Shown piece by piece: positions 39,445 through 52,015 of a DNA stretch of 64,000 bases (the first letter of the stretch is position 1; each line of letters begins with the position of its first letter). The translations under genes were made by a program, and so were the position numbers. Below the pieces are notes generated by a model, which saw only the letters and a program-made list of their open reading frames with translations, searched no databases and was not told where the DNA came from. The stretch comes from Eledone cirrhosa (Eukaryota), in contig OZ024740.1 of assembly GCA_964016885.1 (NCBI GenBank), forward strand, positions 311,922,001 through 311,986,000. Direction: 5' to 3'.

Positions 39445-41430
39445 CACTTTCCGCCACCTGACCCATAACGCTATTACTTCTAAATATAAGAAAGCTAACC
39501 CTATGGCCTACCACGACATTAATACAGAAGCCAAGGAACTCGCCACCGACCTTAAGGTTGATAAGAAGCTACAATCTCTAGCTAAGCGAGAGGCGTTCCT
39601 CACCCTGAAAGATCACAAGGTAGACTTTACTTCTAACCCCACATGCAGACTAATAAACCCAGCACGCACAGATATGGGACTAGTCAGTAAGGCCATACTT
39701 AGAAACATAGTTAAGACCATTAGGACCAAGTTCAACCTGCCCCAGTGGGAGAACAGCGACTCCGTAATTAAGTGGTTTAACTCCTTTAAATCCCAAAAAG
39801 CGAAGTTTACACAATTTGACATTGTCGATTTTTACCCGTCGATCTCAGAGACCCTGTTAAAGAAAGCGTTGGACTTCGCTACCACTTATACCACCGTCGA
39901 TGGTTTAGACAGGGAAATCATCGCTCACTGCCGGAAAACCCTCCTCTTCAACGACGGATTAGCCTGGGCAAAGAAGTCTACATCTTCAGACCTGTTCGAC
40001 GTCTCCATGGGATCGTTTGACAGTGCTGACGTATGTGACTTGGTTGGCCTTTTTATCTTAGACATATTACGTGTTAGATTCCCGGACTTCCACACAGGAA
40101 TATACCGTGACGATGGACTGACTTTATCGAGCCATGAAAGTGGTCACGACCTCGACCGGTTTAAAAAAGACTTAGCTTCTACCTTCAATGGGTTAGGCCT
40201 TAGGATAACAGTAGCCACCAACCTCTCTAGCGTGGATTTCTTAGACATTAATTTAGATCTTCGCACACATACCCACAGACCCTTCCATAAGCTAAACGAG
40301 AAACTTAATTACATTTACAAGGACTCATGCCACCCTCCCACTGTTTTTAGAAACTTCGTTAAGAATATCAGTACTAGAATCTCAAACCTCTACTCTAATA
40401 AGGCTATCTTTGACAGGGCGGCACCCTACTATAACACGGCGTTGGCTAACAGCGACTTCTCACAACCTATCACCTACTCTCCCACTAGCAACAACACCAT
40501 TAAAAAAGTAAGCGCATCAATAGACAAACTATCTGGTTCTCTCCTCCCTTCTCACTCAACGTTAAAACCAATGTAGGAAAAAAAATTCTAGCCCTCTTAG
40601 ATAGACACTTCCCCATATGTCATAAATACCGCTCCATCTTTAACCAACACAAAGTTAAACTAGGATACTCCTGCACTAAGAACATGAAGGCCCACATCAC
40701 CAGCAGCCCTAGGAGCAATACCCCACCAGGGTGCTCTTGCCGTAAGCCTGAAGCTTGCCCCCTTCAACAACAATGCAACACACCAGCTGTAATCTATGAA
40801 GCTGTGGTCACTTCCAACCGACCAAACGAACCACAAGAGGTCAAATCCTATGTGGGCATGGCGGAGGGCCGATTCAAGGAGCGTTTCCTGAACCACCAGT
40901 CTACCTTCAGATACCCGGACAGACGTTCATCCACGAAACTCGCGAGCCACGTATGGTCCCTCAAGGACTCAAGTATAGGGTACTCCATTCAATGGAAAGC
41001 CATCACTAAGTCCAAGCCATACGCAAGAGGAAATCCGACGTGTGGCTTATGTATCGACGAACGAATAACTATCCTAAAGAGATTACGCAATAGTGATTGC
41101 CTAAACACGAGAAGTGAATTTTTCACACGTTGTCCACACGTCACCAAACATATATTACATAACTACAAGGCTCCGGACTGATTCTTTGTAATTTTATTTT
41201 TAAATCTTTTTATTTTATTTTCAACCCAAAAACTTTCCGGCCTTTCGCAGTTATTTCCCTTACACCCCCCGCACGCAGTCTACTATTGCCTGTGTGAAGT
41301 GACCGAGTTTCTGCGCATGCGCGTTCTACGGTTGTCCTTCCTGTTCCTATAACCATATACATCCCAAGCTGAAGATCCGCGAAGGTGAAACAATTGTTCT
41401 CGGTATGGTGAACTAACTGTTGTGTAATCA
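39445..41430 (+). mobile_element. Naiad-like PLE, 5'-truncated: RT (39503-40576), GIY-YIG (to 41181), pLTR
   Basis: CRLINPA, FDIVDFYPSI, MGSFDSADVCDLVG, IYRDDG, FLDI; CSCRKPEACPLQQQC, VIYEA..YVGMAE..FKERF..H, CGLC, CPH. Confidence 0.92.
41364..41403 (+). ncRNA. Minimal type I hammerhead in pLTR
   Basis: ccaag CTGAAGA tcc-gcgaa-ggt GAAA caattg TT ctcgg. Confidence 0.65.
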
Positions 41431-41476
<46 letters not shown>

Positions 41477-41505
41477 GGAATTGTGGTAAGGAACCAAATG
41501 GATCA

Positions 41506-41684
<179 letters not shown>

Positions 41685-41738
41685 GACGTAAATAAGAAAA
41701 CTTTTTAAAAAATTAAAAATTAACTTACTAAAATTTTC

Positions 41739-41820
41739 ACTCCAACTAATTAGTTTCTGTAATGGGATAAAGATAGTTACGTAATATAACCATCGAGAAT
41801 TCATTACGTCATCAGGGAGT
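41739..41820 (-). ncRNA. Hammerhead with branched extended stem II (family A, copy 1)
   Basis: actcc CTGATGA c gtaatg [aattctc gatggtta-tattacg-taactatc tttatcc] cattac a GAAA ctaattag TT ggagt. Confidence 0.8.
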
Positions 41821-42276
41821 CTATTCTCATCTAAGTCTCCAGGCAATGCGCGGACACTAGGGACTCATATAAAAATAATAATAATTCGGTGGATGGAACA
41901 GCTAGCGGGGACTGGATTCCATGCACTGAAAAAGTTCGCTGTCTCTGGTCAAATGGCAGATTCTAAAGAATCAATCACGTGACACTGAGGCTAGTCGGAA
42001 GGAGTGGGCTGGTAAGATGACAAAAGCCTACTACCACACCAATGGATTAGTAGTGGTTTTGGCAGATTTGCTCAACAAATAAATAATTTGGAGATAAATA
42101 TAAAGAATTAGTATATCTACCAACATATGCGTACAGATGTACACTAATGCTAGCAAATACATAAGTTATGTCATAGTACCTAGGTGGTTCAATGCAGGGG
42201 GATGCAGAAAAAATATATGAAAGACGTAAATAAGAAAATTTAAAAAAAAATTAAAAATTAACTTACTAAAATTTTC

Positions 42277-42358
42277 ACTCCAACTAATTAGTTTCTGTAA
42301 TGGGATAAAGATAGTTACGTAATATAACCATCGAGAATTCATTACGTCATCAGGGAGT
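42277..42358 (-). ncRNA. Hammerhead with branched extended stem II (family A, copy 2)
   Basis: Same as copy 1; a third copy at 42819-42892 is truncated within the CUGAUGA box. Confidence 0.8.
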
Positions 42359-42965
42359 CTATTCTCAGCTAAGTCTCCAGGCAATGCGCGGACACTAGGG
42401 ACTCATATAAAAATAATAATAATTCGGTGGATGGAACAGCTAGCGGGGACTGGATTCCATGCACTGAAAAAGTTCGCTGTCTCTGGTCAAATGGCAGATT
42501 CTAAAGAATCAATCACGTGACACTGGGGCTAGTCGGAAGGAGTGGGTTGGTAAGATGACAAAAGCCTACTACCACACCAATGAATTAGTAGTGGTTTTGG
42601 CAGGTTTGCTCAACAAATAAATAATTTGGAGATAAATATAAAGAATTAGTATATCTACCAACATATGCGTACAGATGTACACTAATGCTAGCAAATACAT
42701 AAGTTATGTCATAGTACCTAGGTGGTTCAATGCAGGAGGATGCAGAACAAATATATGAAAGACGTAAATAAGAAAATTTAAAAAAAAATTAAAAATTAAC
42801 TTACTTACTAAAATTTTCACTCCAACTAATTAGTTTCTGTAATGGGATAAAGATAGTTAAGTAATATAACCATCGAGAATTCATTACGTCATACCTATGA
42901 CATAACTTATGTATTTGCTAGCATTAGTGTACATCTGTACGCATATGTTGGTAGATATACTAATT

Positions 42966-43048
<83 letters not shown>

Positions 43049-43200
43049 GATAGATAAATCTACCAAAATATACGGTAGTGTCCAATCCGTATGAAGAACT
43101 CAATGTAATCCAAATATCATGAAAAGAGAAGATGTATTCAAAATATTTTTCGATGAAAATCACAGGAAAACTGAATCAAGATAAATTAATAAAAACAAAT

Positions 43201-43461
43201 TATATATAAATTAATAAAAATAATGAATAGAAACAAAGAAACAGTTCCTTATATTAAAAAATTCATCATTTTACGATCGTTTCTAGGATATATATGTGTG
43301 TGTTGGTATAATATATAGATCTATGTAAAAAAAACTTTTTTTACATAGATCTATATAATATACATACCAACACACACATATATATCCTAGAAACGATCGT
43401 AAAATGATGAATTTTTTAATATAAGGAACTGTTTCTTTGTTTTTATTCATTATTTTTATTA

Positions 43462-43470
<9 letters not shown>
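43201..43470. repeat. ~270-bp hairpin centred at 43335
   Basis: ...gatctatgtaaaaaaaa-c-tttttttacatagatc... with arms matching outwards. Confidence 0.9.
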
Positions 43471-43542
<72 letters not shown>

Positions 43543-43593
43543 GAGAGACGTAAAATAAGAAAATTATAAAATTAACTTACTTACTAAAATATC

Positions 43594-43675
43594 ACTTCCA
43601 ACTAATTAGTTTCTGGAATGGAGTTAATATATTTTCCGAAGAAGATATTGAGAAGCATTCCGTCGTCAGGAAAGT
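43594..43675 (-). ncRNA. Hammerhead with extended stem II (family B, inverted copy)
   Basis: Reverse complement of 44316-44397. Confidence 0.8.
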
Positions 43676-44315
43676 CTATTCTCGTATAAATTTCCAGGCA
43701 AAGCGAGGACTCTGGAAACTTATTAAAAAATAATTCAGTGGATAGGAAATAGCGAAGCGTGGACTGAATTCCTAGCCATTGAGAAAATCTCTGCCTCTGC
43801 GTCTGTGGCAAATTCAAAAAGAATCAAACACGTGACATCGAGGTCAATCAGTGGAAAGTGGTTCGCTATTGGAAGTGATATTTTAGTAATAAGTTAATTT
43901 TATAATTTTCTTATTTTACGTCTCTCATATTATTATTCTGCAACCCCATGCATTGAACCACAATGTTATTAAGACAAAACCTATATATTTGCTAGCATCG
44001 ATATGCATCTGTATGTATATATATGTTACTAGATATGAATTCTTTATAATTATCTCCAAATTATTTGTCGAGCAATATTGGCCATGACTGCTGCTATGGT
44101 AGTAGGCAGGCCGCTGTCTTAATAGCGAACCACTTTCCACTGATTGACCTCGATGTCACGTGTTTGATTCTTTTTGAATTTGCCACAGACGCAGAGGCAG
44201 AGATTTTCTCAATGGCTAGGAATTCAGTCCACGCTTCGCTATTTCCTATCCACTGAATTATTTTTTAATAAGTTTCCAGAGTCCTCGCTTTGCCTGGAAA
44301 TTTATACGAGAATAG

Positions 44316-44397
44316 ACTTTCCTGACGACGGAATGCTTCTCAATATCTTCTTCGGAAAATATATTTACTCCATTCCAGAAACTAATTAGTTGGAAGT
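44316..44397 (+). ncRNA. Hammerhead with extended stem II (family B)
   Basis: actttc CTGACGA c ggaatg [cttctca atatcttc-ttcg-gaaaatat atttactc] cattcc a GAAA ctaattag TT ggaagt. Confidence 0.85.
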
Positions 44398-44565
44398 GAT
44401 ATTTTAGTAAGTAAGTTAATTTTATAATTTTCTTATTTTACGTCTCTCGTATTATTGTTCTGCAACCCCGTGCATTGAACCACAATGTTATTAAGACAAA
44501 ACCTATATATTTGCTAGCATCGATATGCATCTGTATGTATATATATGTTACTAGATATGAATTCT

Positions 44566-44602
<37 letters not shown>

Positions 44603-44606
<4 letters not shown>

Positions 44607-44705
44607 AAAATTTACGAAATGGAAATGCGGGTATATAGAATTTATTATTATATTGTTACCTAATAAATTCTATATACCCGCATTTCCATTTCGTAAATTT
44701 TTTCT
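44603..44705. repeat. ~100-bp hairpin (44-bp arms)
   Basis: agaaaaaatttacgaaatggaaatgcggg... / ...cccgcatttccatttcgtaaattttttct. Confidence 0.9.
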
Positions 44706-44811
44706 CCATATTTTCTCCGGATTTTAAAACACACTTTATTATACGTTGAGCAATCTCTGACGTCAGTTGACTCCATCCAATGCAACTACTTAGTAACATT
44801 GGAATACAAAT

Positions 44812-44871
<60 letters not shown>

Positions 44872-44910
44872 ATTAAATAAATGGAAACTATATTTATAAA
44901 ACCATATTTA

Positions 44911-44972
44911 TTTCATTATATATATTTCAGGGATATCATATTAACAATATGCTATGCCTTCCTCAGACAAAA
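44911..44972 (-). ncRNA. Type I hammerhead (family P variant), left palindrome arm
   Basis: Reverse complement of 47844-47905. Confidence 0.75.
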
Positions 44973-47843
44973 TACAATATAAACAGTTTTATAGATAAAT
45001 AGATTCGACATACCGTAACAACATCGACTTGTATTTGAAAAGGTTGATTTGGTAGTGAAAAAATTGTACACAGAGAGAAAGAAAGAGAGAAAAAAGAAAG
45101 AAAGACAGAAAACGAAGAAAAAGAAGAAAAAGAAGAAATGCATGGAACAAAATAGAGAGATGGAAAGATAGATAAAGAGAAGAACTTCATGTAAAGAAAC
45201 AGAAAGAGATATATATATATAGAGAGAGGGGAAATAGAGATAGATACATATATATAGAAAACTAGGTAGTGGGACGTCTGTTGAGTAAACGTATCAATAA
45301 TACATTTATTTATTTATTTATTTATTTAGCTCTAGTATTAATGTAAGGGAGATATATGGAGAGAAACCAGCTGTTATATATAGAGAGAAAATATATATAG
45401 AGAGAGAAAAAATATAGAGAGAGAAAAAATATAGAGAGAGAAAAAATTTAAAAATATCCAGACATAGGCGAGGCGTAAAAACCCTATGTTTTAATGTAGA
45501 GGTATTAGTATTTATAAAATCAGCCACTATATTGTAAATATCAGTATTCCTGAATGAGACATGTAACCATAATGTGTGAAAATTAATGATCTTATGTTTA
45601 GTTTTTTAAAAAAATTCATATGTTTATGTGATAACTACAAACATCTATGTGAATCTACATGATCAACTCTGCAAACCCTAAGTTCACGGAAAACATTCTC
45701 AATGTGGTATAAAAATTTAAGTATACATATATGTGTATATATATACACACAAATATATATAGAGTCAATATTAGTATTCCTGTCTTTACTCTACAAGATT
45801 ATCTATCAAGCAGAAATAGAGAGCAGATTTCAATATACTAATAAAAATATATATCAGAAACAAAACTAAAAAAATAACAATAATAATAATAAGTAATAAT
45901 AAAATAGAAAACTAAAAAATATTACGAAAGAATATTACATATTAAAAATATTACATATTAAAAAATTTACATATTAAAAATATTAAAAATAAAAATATTA
46001 GAAAATACTAGAAAATACTACAATAATAAAAAATAAAAATAAACCACAAAGATCAACCCTTCAAAATTAATTGACAATATATTGCCAAGTTCATTATAAG
46101 CATCAGAGTCGAAAAACAGATAAAGCCAAAAATTATCTATCAAATCGCATCTAGCAAAGATCATTTCAAAAAGTTTAGGATGCCCAATTTGGTCTACATG
46201 TGTTCTTATATTTAATATAGAAGTTTATCTAGTGTAACGTTTATTCGAAATATTTGGAGCATCAACTTTTAGGGTAGCTTAATTTTTCATGAAGAATGTT
46301 TAAATAAAAATAAAATTAAATAAAAAGAATAAAAAGAAGGAATCAAAGATTTATCGGCTAGTTTCCCATATAATTATAAATCAAACTAAATATACTACAT
46401 TTTAAATTTAAAATGTAGTATATTTAGTTTGATTTATAATTATATGGGAAACTAGCCGATAAATCTTTGATTCCTTCTTTTTATTCTTTTTATTTTATTT
46501 TATTTTTATTTAAACATTCTTCATGAAAAATTAAGCTACCCTAAAAGTTGATGCTCCAAATATTTCGAATAAACGTTACACTAGATAAACTTCTATATTA
46601 AATATAAGAACACATGTAGACCAAATTGGGCATCCTAAACTTTTTGAAATGATCTTTGCTAGATGCGATTTGATAGATAATTTTTGGCTTTATCTGTTTT
46701 TCGACTCTGATGCTTATAATGAACTTGGCAATATATTGTCAATTAATTTTGAAGGGTTGATCTTTGTGGTTTATTTTTATTTTTTATTATTGTAGTATTT
46801 TCTAGTATTTTCTAATATTTTTATTTTTAATATTTTTAATATGTAAATTTTTTAATATGTAATATTTTTAATATGTAATATTCTTTCGTAATATTTTTTA
46901 GTTTTCTATTTTATTATTACTTATTATTATTATTGTTATTTTTTTAGTTTTGTTTCTGATATATATTTTTATTAGTATATTGAAATCTGCTCTCTATTTC
47001 TGCTTGATAGATAATCTTGTAGAGAAAAGACAGGAATACTAATATTGACTCTATATATATTTGTGTGTATATATATATACACATATATGTATACTTAAAT
47101 TTTTATACCACATTGAGAATGTTTTCCGTGAACCTAGGGTTTGCAGAGTTGATCATGTAGATTCACATAGATGTTTGTAGTTATCACATAAACATATGAA
47201 TTTTTTTTAAAAACTAAACATAAGATCATTAATTTTCACACATTATGGTTACATGTCTCATTCAGGAATACTGATATTTACAATATAGTGGCTGGTTTTA
47301 TAAATACTAATACCTCTACATTAAAACATAGGGTTTTTACGCCTCGCCTATGTCTGGATATTTTTAAATTTTTTCTCTCTCTATATTTTTTCTCTCTCTA
47401 TATTTTTTCTCTCTCTATATATTTTTTCTCTCTATATATAACAGCTGGTTTCTCTCCATATATCTCCCTTACATTAATACTAGAGCTAAATAAATAAATA
47501 AATAAATAAATGTATTATTGATACGTTTACTCAACAGACGTCCCACTACCTAGTTTTCTATATATATGTATCTATCTCTATTTCCTCTCTCTCTCTATAT
47601 ATATATCTCTTTCTGTTTCTTTACATGAAGTTCTTCTCTTTATCTATCTTTCCATCTCTCTATTTTGTTCCATGCATTTCTTCTTTTTCTTCTTTTTCTT
47701 CGTTTTCTGTCTTTCTTTCCTTTTTTCTCTCTTTCTTTCTCTCTGTGTACAATTTTTTCACTACCAAATCAACCTTTTCAAATACAAGTCGATGTTGTTA
47801 CGGTATGTCGAATCTATTTATCTATAAAACTGTTTATATTGTA

Positions 47844-47905
47844 TTTTGTCTGAGGAAGGCATAGCATATTGTTAATATGATATCCCTGAAATATATATAA
47901 TGAAA
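47844..47905 (+). ncRNA. Type I hammerhead (family P variant), right palindrome arm
   Basis: ttttgt CTGAGGA agg..catatt-gtt-aatatg..cct GAAA tatata TA atgaaa. Confidence 0.75.
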
Positions 47906-48036
47906 TAAATATGGTTTTATAAATATAGTTTCCATTTATTTAATATTGTAAATATACTCCAAATATTTGTCGAGTGCTTTTATATCAGTTATAAGTATTT
48001 ACTAGTTGTAACCCAACAATTTAAATATAACTTTCC

Positions 48037-48087
<51 letters not shown>

Positions 48088-48260
48088 GTCTGAAAGTTCA
48101 GACTAACTAATCCGACCGGAATAATATTTTTCGACGAAATATTTTATCGAATAACGAAACAAAACCTGTGCTAAAGTCTAACTTTAATTTACTCTTTAGA
48201 ACTTGTATTAACTAATAACCCTCCCCACAACAGAACGACGAACTTTTCCAACATCTCGAT

Positions 48261-48320
48261 ATGACAGAAACTGAGGAATTAGACGGTGCTACTATTTTGG
48301 CGAAAGCTTTAAAACAACAA
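48261..48320 (+). CDS. HACL1: 2-hydroxyacyl-CoA lyase 1, coding exon 1 (MTETEELDGATILAKALKQQ)
   Basis: ATG to GTACGT donor; matches the GAxxxAxALKxQ N-terminus of HACL1; phase 0 with exon 2. Confidence 0.88.
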
Positions 48321-48484
48321 GTACGTTTGATTATTCCTTTTTCTTTCTTTCTTTTCAAAATAGTCTTAGTAGTGTGAATGATAAATATACCACCAGTTGT
48401 TCTTTAGTAATAATTTCTGAAATAATTCTCAGCATATTTTGCGACTAAACAACCCAGGTCTTTCCTTTAAGTATTTTACGTAAG

Positions 48485-48855
48485 AAGGTGGACAATTAGC
48501 GAAATTGGTAGAGCGTCGGACGAAATGACTTGTCGTATTTACGTTCTGGGTTCGAATAACACTAATGTCAATTTCGATCATTTACTCCTCCTAAAATATG
48601 TTACCTTTGTGCATAACAGAGATCAATGTTTTGTTGTTGAAGGGTGGATTGGCAGAATTGGAAGAGCGTCGGTATTTGTTCAGGCTCTTTACATTCTGAG
48701 TTCGACACCCGCCAAATGTCTACTTTACTTTTCATCCTTTGGGGGAAGGGAAGGTCGATAGAATAAGTACCAGTTACGTATTAACGTTGATTTAATTAAC
48801 TTTGTCCTTTAACCCAAATTTGCTAGCCTTATTCCTTAATTAGACATCAATATGT
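48485..48855 (+). mobile_element. Two decayed SINE family 1 copies
   Basis: A/B-box heads and tttcatcctttgg..gtcgata..aataagtaccagt core. Confidence 0.65.
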
Positions 48856-51539
48856 TTTTGTTGTTCTTGTTCAACCCTAAGTAAACCCTGATAGAACAAA
48901 CTTATGATCAAAATATCTCAACCATACCCACCCAGTTTTTTTTTTTTTTTGGGGGGGGGGGGGGTCCTATGCCAAGATACTCTGCATTATCCAACGTGTC
49001 CTTTTTTAAGACGGTAGGACGTATTCGAAATGGATTTAGCTGCTATTTCTAGCACGCTCAACGACCATATATGCTCCCTCGTTTGCACTGGAGATAAATG
49101 GAAACAGTGGACTATTACTTGCAAGATAACACCTATAAGTCCACTTAAAACGATTTCCTGCTTGGACATCACATCTCATTTACCTATTAACAGGTGTGGG
49201 CAACCAGTGATTATTTATGATTTTATATCACGTATATTATGATAAAATAATTGACATAATAATATTTGCCCTAATTTTTTAAAACTTTATGTCCGAACAA
49301 TTTCATTTCTTCTCTCCCTCTCCGCCTCTCTGTCATTCACTCGTGCTTTCTTTCGAATTTTTTTTTCTTTTGCTGTGATATAGTGTTTTCTGAACTACAT
49401 ACGATGTTCATTAAATTATTATTTTAACCCGATATATATCGAGTAGTATCTAATAAAACCCGATGCTAAAACAGCGTATTTGTGTATACTGTCAATGTGT
49501 GTTTGTATGTTTACGTTTAAGTTTTCTCTTAAAAGCCTGACAGAATATATATATGCACAATTATCTATTCAATGATTTATCACCAACTTTTTTATTTACT
49601 GACTACTTCTCAAAACACGGTTGACTGCTTGTTTTTGAAAATATATTGATAATCGATAATTAATAATTATAAAATCAAATTATAGCTAATAGCGTTGTAG
49701 TGCCGAAATTATTTCCATACAAAGTTCAAAAGTAATCCTTGGACTTAGTTCATAAGAACAAACACGCACACACATACATCATAGTCATTTCAGACCCTCT
49801 TTTCATGCTGGCATGGGTTGGAGGGGTCGTCATAGATTAAGTTAGTTTTTATTTGGACTGTTGCTCGGGAGACCACTTCGAGCTCATGTTCGCTTTAGGT
49901 ATGTTTCCTATCACCAACCACTTTACAGAGTGCACGAGGTGCATTTTATCGTAGCCCTAGAACTACAGATGTTATGCCCTCAGTAAGACTGAAGATTATT
50001 CTCTACATTGCCTTCGTTCAACAACCACTTTAAAGTGTGAACTGGGTGTCAGTGCCGTCTTAAGGCATCGCTTCACTTGGTAGTTATCCAGTGACCCACT
50101 TGGTCGAGTTGCCCAAAGCTGTGATTGTTTGTGTTGGGGCCCCTGTGCATTACTTTGCTTGTGGTAGCTATAATGCTAAGACGAGCCTGCGGGGTGCATC
50201 TCATTTAAGCTAATTCTTTTCCTCTCTGTAATACCTGATTATCTATGGGCCAGTGAGGGAGCTTCTTCGTGGCCACTCAACCTCGACATCAGTGAAGAAT
50301 GTATTAAACAAAAATAACTTACAGTATTTACTTCCATCTGACTTTTGCCCCTTTGAATAAAGATGAACTCAACTTTCGCTCCCTACAAAATCGATTAAAA
50401 TATACCAAAGTACTGGAGTCACTATAATCAACTAAAGCCCTTAGTGATGTGTGGAGCCCCAAGTTTTATATATCTTTATGTATGTATACATAGATATGTG
50501 TGTATCTATATATATATATATATATATCATCATCATCACCATTGTCGTCGTTGTTATATATAGCAAAGGTAAAAATATAAATCTATTTTCATGTAGTTAG
50601 CTATAGAAATATTTTTACACAAAGCTCAATGTGTTTATGCAGTTATAAGTGGCAGATATGAGAGATATTCTTCGGGTGAAAAGTACAGAAAGATAGATGT
50701 AAACAGAACATATCCAACAAAAGAGAATAGCAAAATACTGTTCTTAGCTCATTTAATGCTTTACAATTGTTTCAGTATTACAACTAGTTATTACTCAGTT
50801 TAGGAAAAGGCAACATAAGAAGATGGAATATATTTGTGTATAACATGTGTATAAAAAAATGCAATGCCTCATCAGACATGGTATAAACAACAAATAAAGG
50901 TTGAGCATTACAGGGCGAGATGCAGTCCATAAAAGGTTACATTTCAATATAACAGACCATGCTAGTGTGGGTTAAATAGGCTGTTATGTTAGTAGGCCAT
51001 ATAGGTGAGGTGACCACTTCCTGCTCATGCACTCCATTTTTGGCTTGATTTTCTACTGCTGGATACCCTTCTTAATACCAACTGCTTGCAGTGTGTGCTG
51101 GGTGCTTTTTGTCATGGCACCAGTATGATCACCTTACACGGTGAACAAGGTGCTTTTATCATAGCACCAGCAAGACCTTATAGGGTGAATTGGGTGTGTT
51201 TTATCATGTCACCAGTGCTACATCATTACAACATTTGAATATTCGTGTCCTTAGCCCAGTTGGGGAGGCAGTTAAAAAGGTAGGCAATGAGTGAGCAAGC
51301 ATCATCTCACAGTGTGGGAGCAATTGATGTGTTATGAGGATGGCTTTGAAGAAAGTGAGTTGTGGTGCTTAGCAGTTTATTGAAGAACGTGTCTGACTTT
51401 CCATGTATGCAGAGCAGATGCAATGGAGATGCAGCAGGGAGGTACACATAATCATCATTGTTAAAAGCCTATTTTCCATTCCAGGTGGGCTGTCGTGCTC
51501 TGTGACTAGGCCGGACATGGGGGGAGAGGCAGAGCATAA

Positions 51540-51830
51540 ACGAGTTGAGAAAGAGACTGAGCATAAGAGGAATCAAATGCTCTGTGCAGGAGAGGAGGCT
51601 GCATTGGTATGGACATGTGATGCGTATGACGGATGACAGCAACATAAAAAGGTGTAGAGCAATAGAAGTCGATGGAAGCCACGGAGTGGGGAGACCCAAG
51701 AAGACCTGGGATGAGGTGATAAAAGCCGACCTTACCCAATTATACCTCTCAAGGGCAATGACACACCACCGTGACCTCTGGCGTCATGCAGTAATACAGA
51801 AGACCCAACCCCCCATGGGTACAAGCTGAA
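51540..51830 (+). mobile_element. RTE LINE 3' fragment
   Basis: RRLHWYGHVMRM...GRPKKTWDEVI..D....WR. Confidence 0.8.
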
Positions 51831-51859
51831 ACATATAGACAATATGCCCCCACACCCTC

Positions 51860-52015
51860 CCACTGCAAAGTGCTCGTGGAGGTGCCACGGCCAAAAAGCA
51901 CCCAGCCCACACTATAAAGTGGACGTGTAGGCGCCACAGTAAAAAAGCTCCCAGCGCTCACTGTAAATGAGGTTGGTGTTAGGAAGGGCATCCAGCTGTA
52001 GAAATCTTATGACTA
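51860..52015 (+). mobile_element. SINE-like repeat family 2 (aggaagggcatccagctgta tail)
   Basis: Near-identical copy at 60124-60265; reverse copies at ~55810-56025, ~51050 and ~49800-50050. Confidence 0.7.

Larger units (their letters stand above)
43538..44570 (+). mobile_element. Retrozyme-like family B: 521-nt monomer (43871-44391), partial second unit, and an inverted copy (43538-43870) in front
   Basis: 43871-44050 repeats at 44392-44570; 43538-43870 is the reverse complement of 44121-44453; homologous to family A. Confidence 0.8.
44866..47950. repeat. ~3.08-kb spacer-less palindrome (centre 46406/46407) ending in family-P pLTR sequence
   Basis: Centre cattttaaa|tttaaaatg; arms ~1.54 kb with few differences; mirror ORFs in the ORF track (45318- / 47288+; 44963- / 47625+). 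Confidence 0.95.

Noticed and set aside
42166-44389. Repeated short ORFs (MPGDL..., MNLPQTQ...) in the HHR repeats
   Set aside because: Non-ATG starts, not conserved in frame between families A and B, and explained by duplication.
46530-46775. Near-open reading frame in the palindrome arm (…HVDQIGHPKLFEMIFARCDL…)
   Set aside because: Interrupted by stops and no recognisable motif.
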